The notes under the pieces: generated by a model
What the model saw: the letters and a program-made list of their open reading frames with translations, nothing else
Databases searched by the model: none
What the model was told of the DNA's origin: nothing
In this document: piece by piece, positions 48,591-58,223 of the stretch
Layout of the letters: every line of letters begins with the position of its first letter
Position numbering within the stretch: position 1 is the first letter of the stretch
Program-made: the position numbers and the translations under genes
Virus record (IMG/VR): IMGVR_UViG_3300034284_001491
Coordinates: 1 to 64,000 of that record
From: a virus
Reading direction: 5' to 3' (one strand)
Length of the DNA stretch: 64,000 bases

Positions 48591-51500
48591 ATGAGAAAAG
48601 CATTAGTTAAAAGAGGTGATAAAATTGTTGAGGTAACAATTGATGAAAACACCTATAAAACAGGGGGTTCTAATCTTATTAAAAGAAAAGATGGATCATA
48701 CTCCCAAAGAGGACTATGGGATAATATCAGAGCTAATAAAGGTTCTGGAAGGAAACCCACTAAACAAATGCTTGATCAAGCAAAAAAAATTACTAGAAAT
48801 AAAAAACAAGAAGGTGGTGAAGAAATATATGGTAATTATATGTTACCTGAATTTGAAGTAGAAGAAAATACAGGAATGTATAATCCAAATATTGTTGGAC
48901 CTTCTGCTCCAAGGTATATACCTTCTGAAACAGGATTTATACCAAATCCAAATTATACTACAGGAAGTGGATCAACTGAGTCTATTCCACTTGAATTATT
49001 TGCTGCACCTATTGCTAGAGGTTTAAGTTCAGCTATTGGTATGATTCCTCAAAGTTGGGTGACTACAGCAGGTACAGCAGGAAGTTTACTAGGATTAGAA
49101 TCTTGCTCTACAGGTAAATGTAGAGGATTAAAAGCTCATCCTAACTATAAAAAATCTTGGGGAAAATCTAAAAAAAGAAAAAGACAAGAAGGTGGTGAAG
49201 AAAATCAATTTGAAGAATTAGTTGATAAAATAGAAGATGCTTTAGAACAAGGTGCAAATCCACAAGAATTATTTCAACAACTAATTAAAATGGGTGTTGA
49301 TGAAAATTCTGCAAAGGAAATTATACAAACAGCTATTCAAGAGATTCAGGGTGAAGGAGAAGAAAATGAAGATGAAGAATCTAATAGAATGATGGCTTAT
49401 GGTGGATCAGCTGATCCATGTCCACCTAATTATTATTGGGATGAAGATGAAGGAAAGTGTGTTCCTATGTCACAAAGTCTTCCTAGTAGAGATGACTTAT
49501 ATAATAATCCTGAAATGCAAAAGGATTTAGATAGATTAAATTATAAAAGAAATATTCAACAATATAAAATAGATTATAACAATAATAAAAATAAATTTTA
49601 TGAAGATAATTATAAAGGACCAAAAATAAAGGATGAAAAGGGTAGAGTACTACCTGATTATAATTCTCCTGAATATAAAGATTTTAAAATATTATATGAT
49701 GAATATTTAAAAACTTTACCTAATCCTGATAGAAGTTCATTTAAACTTCCAGTAGATTATCAACAAAAGAATTTTTATCCTAAAGAAGGTGAATGGGATG
49801 AAGATTCTAAAAAAGAATTTAATAGATTTTTTAATCCTGAACCTACTCAACAAGAAAAAGAAGAAGGAATTTTAAAAGAATATTTAAAAAGTAAACCTCA
49901 AGTAAATCCGGATTTTTATTATAATGATATTCCAGCTGATGATCCAGTACAACAATATAAAATGAATCAGGATCAATTACGTGATTATAGATATGAAGAG
50001 GAATGGTGTCCATGTTATAAAATGAGGGAAGAACTAATTGCAGGGAGACCAGTTATGAAAAAAATCTGTGTACCTTGTGAACAAGCAAAGATGGGTGGGA
50101 ATCTTGATAAATTTATGCAAAAAGGTGGAGACAAAAAACAATTATCTTCATCAGTAAAAACTGCAAGTAACTCAGATGTACTAAGTCAAACTTATAATTA
50201 TCAAGATCAAAATAAAAGTAATACCACAAATGTAAGTAGAATTATAAATTCTTATGATGATGGTAGTCCAAATACAACTAGTTATTCTTATTTAAGTCCA
50301 GAAGAAAATTTCTTTTACAATACATCAACAGGAGTAAATTTTAATAACGCTGAACCAATTACTCCAGAACAAATAGATTTCTACAAAAGAAAAATTGCTG
50401 AAGGATTAAATATACCTTATGATTTTAAAGAAGGTGGATCTTATAGAGTTTATAAAACTAGTGAACGAAAAGGTAAAACTCATAAGGTAGTAGGTCCAGG
50501 TGGTGTCACTAAATATTTTGGAGATCCAAAACTGGGAGAAAGAAGTAAATCTAAATATGGTAAAAAAGCTTTTTATGCTAGACATAAAAAGAATCTAGAT
50601 AATAATCCGTTCTTTAGAGCATATGCTAGAGCAACATGGGCAGAAGGTGGTGAACCTTCATACATGAATGAACCAGAATATAAAACAAATTCATTCATTT
50701 CTAAAGTAAAAGAAATGGGTCAAATAGAAAATGATAAGAATTTGTATAATAACATTATGGAACAATCTCAGCAGATGCTAATGCAAATGGGTGGTATCCA
50801 AAAAATTGGATACAATGGTATTAGCAATAGTAATCTTGCAAGTATGCAAGCTATGGAGGGTGAGTATAATCAGAATTCTAATATATTTAAAGCATTTACA
50901 GATATTAATAAAGCTGTTATAGATTCTAAAGGAGATAAGATTAAGGCAGCAATGGAAATGGCTGGTGCAGCGGGTGCAGCATATCTAGGATTACCTCCTG
51001 GAGTTGGGAAGGAAGTAGGTAAGATTGCTGGTGAGGCTACAGTTGGTGCAATTAGTAATACAAATAAAACTACACAAAATGTAATAAAAAATCTTGAATC
51101 ACCAACAGCATATAGTGATTTTAAACAAGGAATAAATAATCAGAGTACAGCACAAAATCCTACACAACAACAGCAGTCTGCAAGTAGTGGTTCAAATTCA
51201 TTATCTGGACTATCTGGAATTTTAGGAGGAGCTGGTGGTGGTTCAGGTGGTGGATCTGGAGATGCTTTAGGATCAATGTTAAAAGGTGTAATGTCTAATC
51301 CTGAAATGTTAACAAGTTTAATTGGAGCTAGAAGAGGGGGTACACTACGTAAATTTGTAACCGCAGGAGAAAATCAAATAAATTTACCAACAAATAATTG
51401 GTGGGATATTGGTAATACAACATCTTTTTCAAGTAATCCTCAAAATATTACTGCACCAAATCAACCTCAACAATATACAATTGCAGATCAAAGTTTAAAT

Positions 51501-53777
51501 ACACCAGCTTTATCTGCAACTCCAGATAATCTTGGAGTATGGAGTGATGATCTAAAAACATATACTCCACCTTCATTTGGTCCTAAAAATCAAATGAATC
51601 AACCTGGAATTACGACAGACATAACTAATCCTAAACCACCAGTTCAACAAGATCAAAATAAAAATAATAAATCAACAGCTGTAATTGGTCCTGCTATAGC
51701 TGGTTTTGTTCAATCTTTTGGAGATAAAAAAAGAGCAAAAGAACAAGGTACTAATATAGGACAAGCAACGTCAAATTCTGATAGCGTATTTGGATATAAT
51801 AGAATAGAAGATAGAGGAGATTTTGAAATAAATACTGGTAGACGAAAACCTAATCAATATATAATGGGATCACTTCAAGGTGTACCAGCATTGTCATCTG
51901 CTAAATATGGTGGTATACAAAAACCTGGAGTATATATGTCTTATCCTACTGCCACTCCAGAATCTGTAGTATATGGTAAACCAGATAAGAAAATGTCTAA
52001 TACATTAGGTCCAGTAGATAGAGATAAAGCAAATCTAGAAGCTGAAGGTGGTGAAACAGTTATGACACCTGCAGGTGATGATGGTATTCCTAAATTCTTT
52101 AAGATTGGCGGTCAAAGACATAGCCAAGGAGGAACACCTTTATATCTTCCAGAAAATTCATTCATATTCTCAGATACTAGATCAATGTTATTAGGAAAGA
52201 ATATGCTTGAAGAATTTGGTATTACAGGTAAAAAGAAAAAGACACCTGCAGAAGTTGCTAAAATTCTTGGTAAAGGATATGAAAAATATGTAAAGATTAT
52301 TCAAGATCCTAATTCAGATTCTATTGAAAGAAGAACAGCAGAGATGATGATACAAACTCAAATAAATAATTTGGGTAAATTAGCATTAGCTCAAGAATCT
52401 AAAAAAGGTTTTCCACAAGGTATCCCAATGATATCTGTTCCATATATGGCATCAATAGGTGTAAGTGCAGAACAACTGTTGCCACAAATACCACAAGGTA
52501 TGCCACAAGGTAATATGATGCCTCCTGAAATGATGCAACAAATGATGCAGATGCAACAGATGCCTATGGCTAAATATGGTTTGCAGAAATATCAAGTTGC
52601 TGGAGAAACTAATGTGTTTGGAGACCCTAATGCACCATTTCCTACATCTAGTCCTTCAACTCCAGAAGATAGAAATATAGCACAATATATTTTAGGAAAT
52701 TTACAAAGTTATTTTACTTCTAAACCAGAAGAAGAATCTATTGAAGCTAATATTAAACCAGTTGAAATTGTTTCACCAGTAAAAGGATTTGAAACAATAG
52801 AAGATGTAGATGCTTTTATTTTAAAAGGTGATGAATTTGGACAAGATTTTAATGCTTTATATAATGCTTATTCACAATCACTTCAAGCAATTGATAAATT
52901 AAGATATGGACTACTTAATGGTACTGTTCCATTAGAAGAATATGAAAAAGAAAGAGATGCAATTAATAGTAGAATTGATGAAATAAAAACTGAATTAAAA
53001 AATAGTGGAAATCAAATTCCTTGGTATAAAAGTTCTGGAATTATCCATAATTCAACTGTAGATATACTAGAAAATATGCAAGGAATTATGAATGAAGAAA
53101 AAAATAAATTAAAAGTTAGAGCTGCTGATTTAAGAAAGTTTAGAACTCTTCAAAATAATGTATCTTTTCTTGAAACAGAAAAACAAAAGATTCTTAAACT
53201 TTTAAATTCAGATATAGATGATCTTGAAAAAGTACGCCTTAGAAGAAGATTAACAAATCTTAATGATGCTTTAAATTATGAAACTGATAGAACAAATCAA
53301 TTTGGAGAAAGAGCATTTAAGATACCTAAACCGACATTTGAGGATATAATAGAAGAAACAGAAACTTCAGCTAATCTCCCTGTAATAAATAGTCGCTTTA
53401 AAACTCCGCGAGTATATGGGGATGAGCATACTGCTCAATGGTTTGGTCCATTAGCTGCAGCAACGGGTAAATTAATTAAAAAATATACATATGATGATTA
53501 TATAAAAGATTATGAAAGTAATTCTATAGGTACTACAGTTAAACCATCATATGAATCACAACAAGGTACATTAAATAATATACTAAGTACAGCAACACCA
53601 GATACAGCAGCTGTACCTGTACAAAATACTGTTCCAACACAAACAGCACCAGCAACTACTCCAAGTCAACCTAGTAAACAAACTAAATCAAATAGTTCTA
53701 ATTCAAACAATAATAAATCATTTATATCTAAAATTAAAAAAGTAGAAGATAAAGATTTAGATTTATTTAAAAAATAA
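48591..53777 (+). CDS. Low-complexity modular putative cargo polyprotein (1728 aa)
   Basis: Eleven xxxGG motifs separating short modules; NLEAEGGETV..RHSQGG..IFSD domain. Confidence 0.7.
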   Translation: MRKALVKRGDKIVEVTIDENTYKTGGSNLIKRKDGSYSQRGLWDNIRANKGSGRKPTKQMLDQAKKITRNKKQEGGEEIYGNYMLPEFEVEENTGMYNPNIVGPSAPRYIPSETGFIPNPNYTTGSGSTESIPLELFAAPIARGLSSAIGMIPQSWVTTAGTAGSLLGLESCSTGKCRGLKAHPNYKKSWGKSKKRKRQEGGEENQFEELVDKIEDALEQGANPQELFQQLIKMGVDENSAKEIIQTAIQEIQGEGEENEDEESNRMMAYGGSADPCPPNYYWDEDEGKCVPMSQSLPSRDDLYNNPEMQKDLDRLNYKRNIQQYKIDYNNNKNKFYEDNYKGPKIKDEKGRVLPDYNSPEYKDFKILYDEYLKTLPNPDRSSFKLPVDYQQKNFYPKEGEWDEDSKKEFNRFFNPEPTQQEKEEGILKEYLKSKPQVNPDFYYNDIPADDPVQQYKMNQDQLRDYRYEEEWCPCYKMREELIAGRPVMKKICVPCEQAKMGGNLDKFMQKGGDKKQLSSSVKTASNSDVLSQTYNYQDQNKSNTTNVSRIINSYDDGSPNTTSYSYLSPEENFFYNTSTGVNFNNAEPITPEQIDFYKRKIAEGLNIPYDFKEGGSYRVYKTSERKGKTHKVVGPGGVTKYFGDPKLGERSKSKYGKKAFYARHKKNLDNNPFFRAYARATWAEGGEPSYMNEPEYKTNSFISKVKEMGQIENDKNLYNNIMEQSQQMLMQMGGIQKIGYNGISNSNLASMQAMEGEYNQNSNIFKAFTDINKAVIDSKGDKIKAAMEMAGAAGAAYLGLPPGVGKEVGKIAGEATVGAISNTNKTTQNVIKNLESPTAYSDFKQGINNQSTAQNPTQQQQSASSGSNSLSGLSGILGGAGGGSGGGSGDALGSMLKGVMSNPEMLTSLIGARRGGTLRKFVTAGENQINLPTNNWWDIGNTTSFSSNPQNITAPNQPQQYTIADQSLNTPALSATPDNLGVWSDDLKTYTPPSFGPKNQMNQPGITTDITNPKPPVQQDQNKNNKSTAVIGPAIAGFVQSFGDKKRAKEQGTNIGQATSNSDSVFGYNRIEDRGDFEINTGRRKPNQYIMGSLQGVPALSSAKYGGIQKPGVYMSYPTATPESVVYGKPDKKMSNTLGPVDRDKANLEAEGGETVMTPAGDDGIPKFFKIGGQRHSQGGTPLYLPENSFIFSDTRSMLLGKNMLEEFGITGKKKKTPAEVAKILGKGYEKYVKIIQDPNSDSIERRTAEMMIQTQINNLGKLALAQESKKGFPQGIPMISVPYMASIGVSAEQLLPQIPQGMPQGNMMPPEMMQQMMQMQQMPMAKYGLQKYQVAGETNVFGDPNAPFPTSSPSTPEDRNIAQYILGNLQSYFTSKPEEESIEANIKPVEIVSPVKGFETIEDVDAFILKGDEFGQDFNALYNAYSQSLQAIDKLRYGLLNGTVPLEEYEKERDAINSRIDEIKTELKNSGNQIPWYKSSGIIHNSTVDILENMQGIMNEEKNKLKVRAADLRKFRTLQNNVSFLETEKQKILKLLNSDIDDLEKVRLRRRLTNLNDALNYETDRTNQFGERAFKIPKPTFEDIIEETETSANLPVINSRFKTPRVYGDEHTAQWFGPLAAATGKLIKKYTYDDYIKDYESNSIGTTVKPSYESQQGTLNNILSTATPDTAAVPVQNTVPTQTAPATTPSQPSKQTKSNSSNSNNNKSFISKIKKVEDKDLDLFKK

Positions 53778-53787
53778 TAATTTTAAT

Positions 53788-55464
53788 ATGTATACTCCTT
53801 ATAATATATTTGATTATAATTTACCTAAATATAATCCAGGTGGTCAAAGTAATAATCCTGATAAACCAGATCCAGGTACCTATAAAATAGGTGATATTAT
53901 TGATATCAGTGGTGAAAAAAAAGTTGTAACTGGTTGGGATCCAGTAGCAGGTAAATACACTACAGAAAAATGGAATCCTTTAAAAGGAGATATTGGCGAC
54001 TATACAAAAGATTATGAAGCTTTAGAAAAAGCATTAAATGATCCGGATGTAAAAAAAGCATTATGGGAAGAATACAAAAAAGATAAAACAACTTATAAAG
54101 TTACAAGTACAGGTAGTAAATATATTAGAGGTATAAAAGATGCAGATGATCTTGTAAAAAAATATCTCCAAGCTGAAAAAGCCATAATGGCTATTAATGC
54201 TAATTATTCTGCTGATGAAATTAAAAAATTAAATTTAGATAACAATTCGGCAAATAGAAAAAAATTATTTGAAGAAGTAGGTATTAATTTTAATCCGGGA
54301 GATATTGCTATTTTTCAAAAAGCTTATTATGATTTAGCAGATATATATAATAGTACAAGTACACCAGATGCTATAAAACAAAAATTAGGAGACTTTGATT
54401 GGGAAGCAAAAGGAGATATAGACACTGATTCACCTGAATATAAAACATCAGGAAAAACAGGAGTTACTAAAGGATATGTTAGTCAAGTAGATGATGCTTT
54501 TGGAGATAATACTGTTTTTCAATTTAATAGATTAAAACAACCTACAATAACACAATCTACAATAACACAAAAACCACAACAAACCTCTCCACCAATTACT
54601 CCTGGGAAAATGGGTCCACCAGTACCTAGGGCAAAACCAGAATTTTGGACTCAAGATAAAAATCTTGTAACAAATGCATTAATAGATTATTTTCGTACTA
54701 AAAAAATTAATCCTTGGGCTCCACCTATTGATTTACAAGAACCTCAATATACATTACTAGATCCTACTTGGCAATTACAAAATAATGCTGCATTAATGAA
54801 TCAGCAATTACAAGGACTTGGGGCATTTGGTAATTCACAATCTTATCTTGCTAATGCTACAGCTTTATCTGGTAAAGCATCTGAACAATCACAAGGTATT
54901 TTAGCAGAATATGATGCTAGAAATGCAATGATTCAAAATCAAGGTGAACAAGCTAAAACAGCAATAAGGAATCAAGAAAATCTTGCAAATGCTGAAAGAT
55001 TAACAAATTTATATGATAAAAATGCTATTGCTGAACAACAATATTTAAATACTGAAATAGCAAGAAGAAAAAATATTGTTGATGCTACTAATAATGCTTG
55101 GACAAATAGAGGACTTACCCAATCTCAAAATATAATGAGTTATCCTTTTCAAGTGGATCCAGTAACAGGATATACTTATTATGATCCTAGACTTGCCACT
55201 GATATGCAACCTTCAGAAACAGATTTTGAAACTAGACAAAAAAGATTAGATGATTTATTAACAAGTACTAAATATCAAAATCAAGATATAGAAACTATAT
55301 ACAAAATTTTGTATCCTGATGAAAATATAGGAAATCCTTATTATAGATCGTCACAAAGAGGAAGACAGAGATATCAACAAAATAATTATGATCCAAGATA
55401 TGATCAATATTTTATGTATCCTGGAGCTTCTGGTGCTAATCCATATGGTTATCCATTTGGCTAA
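53788..55464 (+). CDS. Putative virion cargo/ejection protein (558 aa)
   Basis: Q/N/A-rich helical C-terminal half; N-terminal PKYNPGG. Confidence 0.6.
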   Translation: MYTPYNIFDYNLPKYNPGGQSNNPDKPDPGTYKIGDIIDISGEKKVVTGWDPVAGKYTTEKWNPLKGDIGDYTKDYEALEKALNDPDVKKALWEEYKKDKTTYKVTSTGSKYIRGIKDADDLVKKYLQAEKAIMAINANYSADEIKKLNLDNNSANRKKLFEEVGINFNPGDIAIFQKAYYDLADIYNSTSTPDAIKQKLGDFDWEAKGDIDTDSPEYKTSGKTGVTKGYVSQVDDAFGDNTVFQFNRLKQPTITQSTITQKPQQTSPPITPGKMGPPVPRAKPEFWTQDKNLVTNALIDYFRTKKINPWAPPIDLQEPQYTLLDPTWQLQNNAALMNQQLQGLGAFGNSQSYLANATALSGKASEQSQGILAEYDARNAMIQNQGEQAKTAIRNQENLANAERLTNLYDKNAIAEQQYLNTEIARRKNIVDATNNAWTNRGLTQSQNIMSYPFQVDPVTGYTYYDPRLATDMQPSETDFETRQKRLDDLLTSTKYQNQDIETIYKILYPDENIGNPYYRSSQRGRQRYQQNNYDPRYDQYFMYPGASGANPYGYPFG

Positions 55465-55523
55465 CCAAATATATAAACTTATAATGTTTAATAAACTTTT
55501 AATATTTTTGTCTATATTATAAT

Positions 55524-58223
55524 ATGGCAACCTATTTACCGAATGTAACAGATATAATTCCAGAGTATAAACCGTTTACTCCAAACTTTCAATTCTATAA
55601 TCAAGTATTGCAAATAAAAAATTCGCAATATCAACAAGGTTATAAAAAAATAAGTGGATTATATAACACTCTTCTTAATTCTCCTATGACAAGAGATGAA
55701 AATATTGAAAGAAGAGATAAATATTTCAAAGATATTGAAGGAGAAATTAAAAAAATTTCTGGACTTGATTTATCTCTACCACAAAATGTAAGTGCTGCTG
55801 GTGAAATATTTAAACCATTTTATGAAGATCAAGATATTAAAACTGATATGTATGTCACTAAATCAGCAAGAGATTCAATGACAGCACATGAAATTTTAAA
55901 AAATTGTGTTGGTAAAGATTGTGGTGAAGCAAAAGCTTGGGAAGACGGTATAAAAGCAGTGAATTATAAACTTCAAGAGTTTAAGAATGCTTCAACAGAA
56001 GAAGCAAGAAACTTTGGTAAAATTGGGTATACACCATACGTTAAGTATGCAGATGATGTAGTAAAATTCTTAAAAGATAATAAGATTGAAATTACCCAAG
56101 AAACAAGAAATGGAAGATATAATATCACCACTACTAACGGTCCATTGCTTGAAGGTCCTTTATATAATATGATTAAAACATTATATGAGGATGATATTAA
56201 TGTACAAGAAATGTATAAAACAAAAGCATATGTGCAAAGAAAAGATTTTGCAACAGGTAGAGCTCAAGAATTTGGTGGTATAGAACAAGCAGAACAAGCT
56301 TATATATCTGATAAATTACAAACATATTCTGGTTTATTAGATAATCAAATTGAAGATGTAAATACTCAATTAGAAATTTATACTGCACAAAAAGATGCAT
56401 TATCTAAAAAATCAAAACTCAATACTAAACAACAAGAAAATTTAGCTCAATTAGAAACAGCAATTCCTTTATTAGAAAAAAGTTTAAGTTCATTACAATC
56501 AGCAAAAAGTAATTACGATAATGTAGATCAAGTGGATATCAATACTCTAAGATCTAGAGTGGATAATGTTACAAGTGGTGTTTTGTTTGAAGGTGATATA
56601 AAAGGAATGGCAAAAGATTTTTCAAAGATTGGATTTAAACAAACATTTGAAGAAGATAAATATGCACTTGAAGCATATAGAAGTTCTTTAGATTTTAATA
56701 AAAGTGTAGCTTTAGCAAAAATTAAAGCTGGTATAGATTTACAAACTTTTAAAATTAAAGAAGATTATAAAGCACAAAAAGAATTTGAGAAAGAATTTAA
56801 ATTAAGAGGAGGAGAGGATCCATTAAGTATTAATGCCACAGAAACTACTGCAGAAAATGTAGAAAAAGTGAATGCTTGGCAATATAATATGGAGACAGCT
56901 AGTAGTGTTAATAGGCAATACACTGATGGATTAAAATCTACATTAAATAATATTTACTTAGCATTAAAATCAGATGGTGGTGCAGAAGCTAATGCTTTAT
57001 TAAAGCAAATATTTGCTAATAACAAGGGTGTAATTGGTGATGATAAAAACTATTTTGGATATGATGAAAATAAAGGATATCCAATACATCAAACATATTG
57101 GCAACAAGCACAAAAATTTTTATCTAAATCTGAAAACTTTAAAGGATTAATTAATTCTAATGCAGAACAATCACTTAAAATGTTAGAATTAAAAGTGGCT
57201 GCTGCTACAAAACTTGGATTTGAAAATAATTCTAAAGTTAGAAATGCATTATTAGCTGGTGATGATCTTGGTGATGATGAGAAAGCAGATTTAAGAACAA
57301 TGATGAAAACAGATGGTTCAGTGTTATCAAGAGAACAATTTATAAATGCAACAAAAGATAGATATGATGCTGAAGATGCAGGTGAAGCATATGATGATTT
57401 ATTAGAAGCATATAAAACTCAGTATGCTAATCCAGAAGCACCAGAAGGATTAAGAACTAAAATGTTTATTGGTGGTCCATTTGAAGATAGAACAGGTGCT
57501 GTTGGTATTAAACCAGGTATTGTTTCTGCAGATCCATTAAGAAATTTATCAGATAATTTTTCATTAGTGAATTCTGTTTTATCAAATGGTATGAATTCTG
57601 GTGAATTTGCTGATGAAGAAACTAAATCTTTATTTAAAGAACTATATAGAGATTTTAACACTTATCTAGATATTAAAAAAGAAAATCCAAATAGAGCTGC
57701 ATTAACAATGCAATATGAAGCAGTTTCAGATAAAGAAGGTTATGCAAAAGTCACTTTAAATCCAAGCAGAGAATGGTTGGAAAAAACATTAGTGGGAGGA
57801 GACAAGAAAGAAGAAGCTGCTAAATTCAAACAATATGAAAATGGAATATCTTTTTATATTCCAGATGAAAAAGTTCAAAACAGTTTTGATTCACAAATCA
57901 AAGGATTTGGTGATTTAATTCTTGAAGCAAATGGTGGATCAATAAGTATTGGGGATGATAAAGATCCAGAAAATGGCGGATCTATAAAAATTACAAAAAA
58001 TGGTGATGCTTTAACTGTAAATAGTAAAAACATTAAAGTTAATCCAAATACTGGTGATGCATATTTTACTCCTACAATTACAACCAGTGGTTTTGGACTT
58101 GATCCAGAAGATATTATTCAGGAAGCAATGAAAACAGTGTATGAAAGTAAAAGTACATATGCTAGAATTTTAGAACAATTCGATATAAAAAATAAAGAAC
58201 TATTAGGTAAAGAAGGTAAATAA
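55524..58223 (+). CDS. Putative virion cargo/ejection protein (899 aa)
   Basis: Y.PFTP.F.F...L..K...Y N-terminus and helical body; position before the giant protein. Confidence 0.6.
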   Translation: MATYLPNVTDIIPEYKPFTPNFQFYNQVLQIKNSQYQQGYKKISGLYNTLLNSPMTRDENIERRDKYFKDIEGEIKKISGLDLSLPQNVSAAGEIFKPFYEDQDIKTDMYVTKSARDSMTAHEILKNCVGKDCGEAKAWEDGIKAVNYKLQEFKNASTEEARNFGKIGYTPYVKYADDVVKFLKDNKIEITQETRNGRYNITTTNGPLLEGPLYNMIKTLYEDDINVQEMYKTKAYVQRKDFATGRAQEFGGIEQAEQAYISDKLQTYSGLLDNQIEDVNTQLEIYTAQKDALSKKSKLNTKQQENLAQLETAIPLLEKSLSSLQSAKSNYDNVDQVDINTLRSRVDNVTSGVLFEGDIKGMAKDFSKIGFKQTFEEDKYALEAYRSSLDFNKSVALAKIKAGIDLQTFKIKEDYKAQKEFEKEFKLRGGEDPLSINATETTAENVEKVNAWQYNMETASSVNRQYTDGLKSTLNNIYLALKSDGGAEANALLKQIFANNKGVIGDDKNYFGYDENKGYPIHQTYWQQAQKFLSKSENFKGLINSNAEQSLKMLELKVAAATKLGFENNSKVRNALLAGDDLGDDEKADLRTMMKTDGSVLSREQFINATKDRYDAEDAGEAYDDLLEAYKTQYANPEAPEGLRTKMFIGGPFEDRTGAVGIKPGIVSADPLRNLSDNFSLVNSVLSNGMNSGEFADEETKSLFKELYRDFNTYLDIKKENPNRAALTMQYEAVSDKEGYAKVTLNPSREWLEKTLVGGDKKEEAAKFKQYENGISFYIPDEKVQNSFDSQIKGFGDLILEANGGSISIGDDKDPENGGSIKITKNGDALTVNSKNIKVNPNTGDAYFTPTITTSGFGLDPEDIIQEAMKTVYESKSTYARILEQFDIKNKELLGKEGK

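Noticed and set aside
51225-51262. GGAGGGSGGGSG glycine run as more GG processing sites
   Set aside because: Low-complexity linker lacking the preceding hydrophobic-K/Q/A pattern
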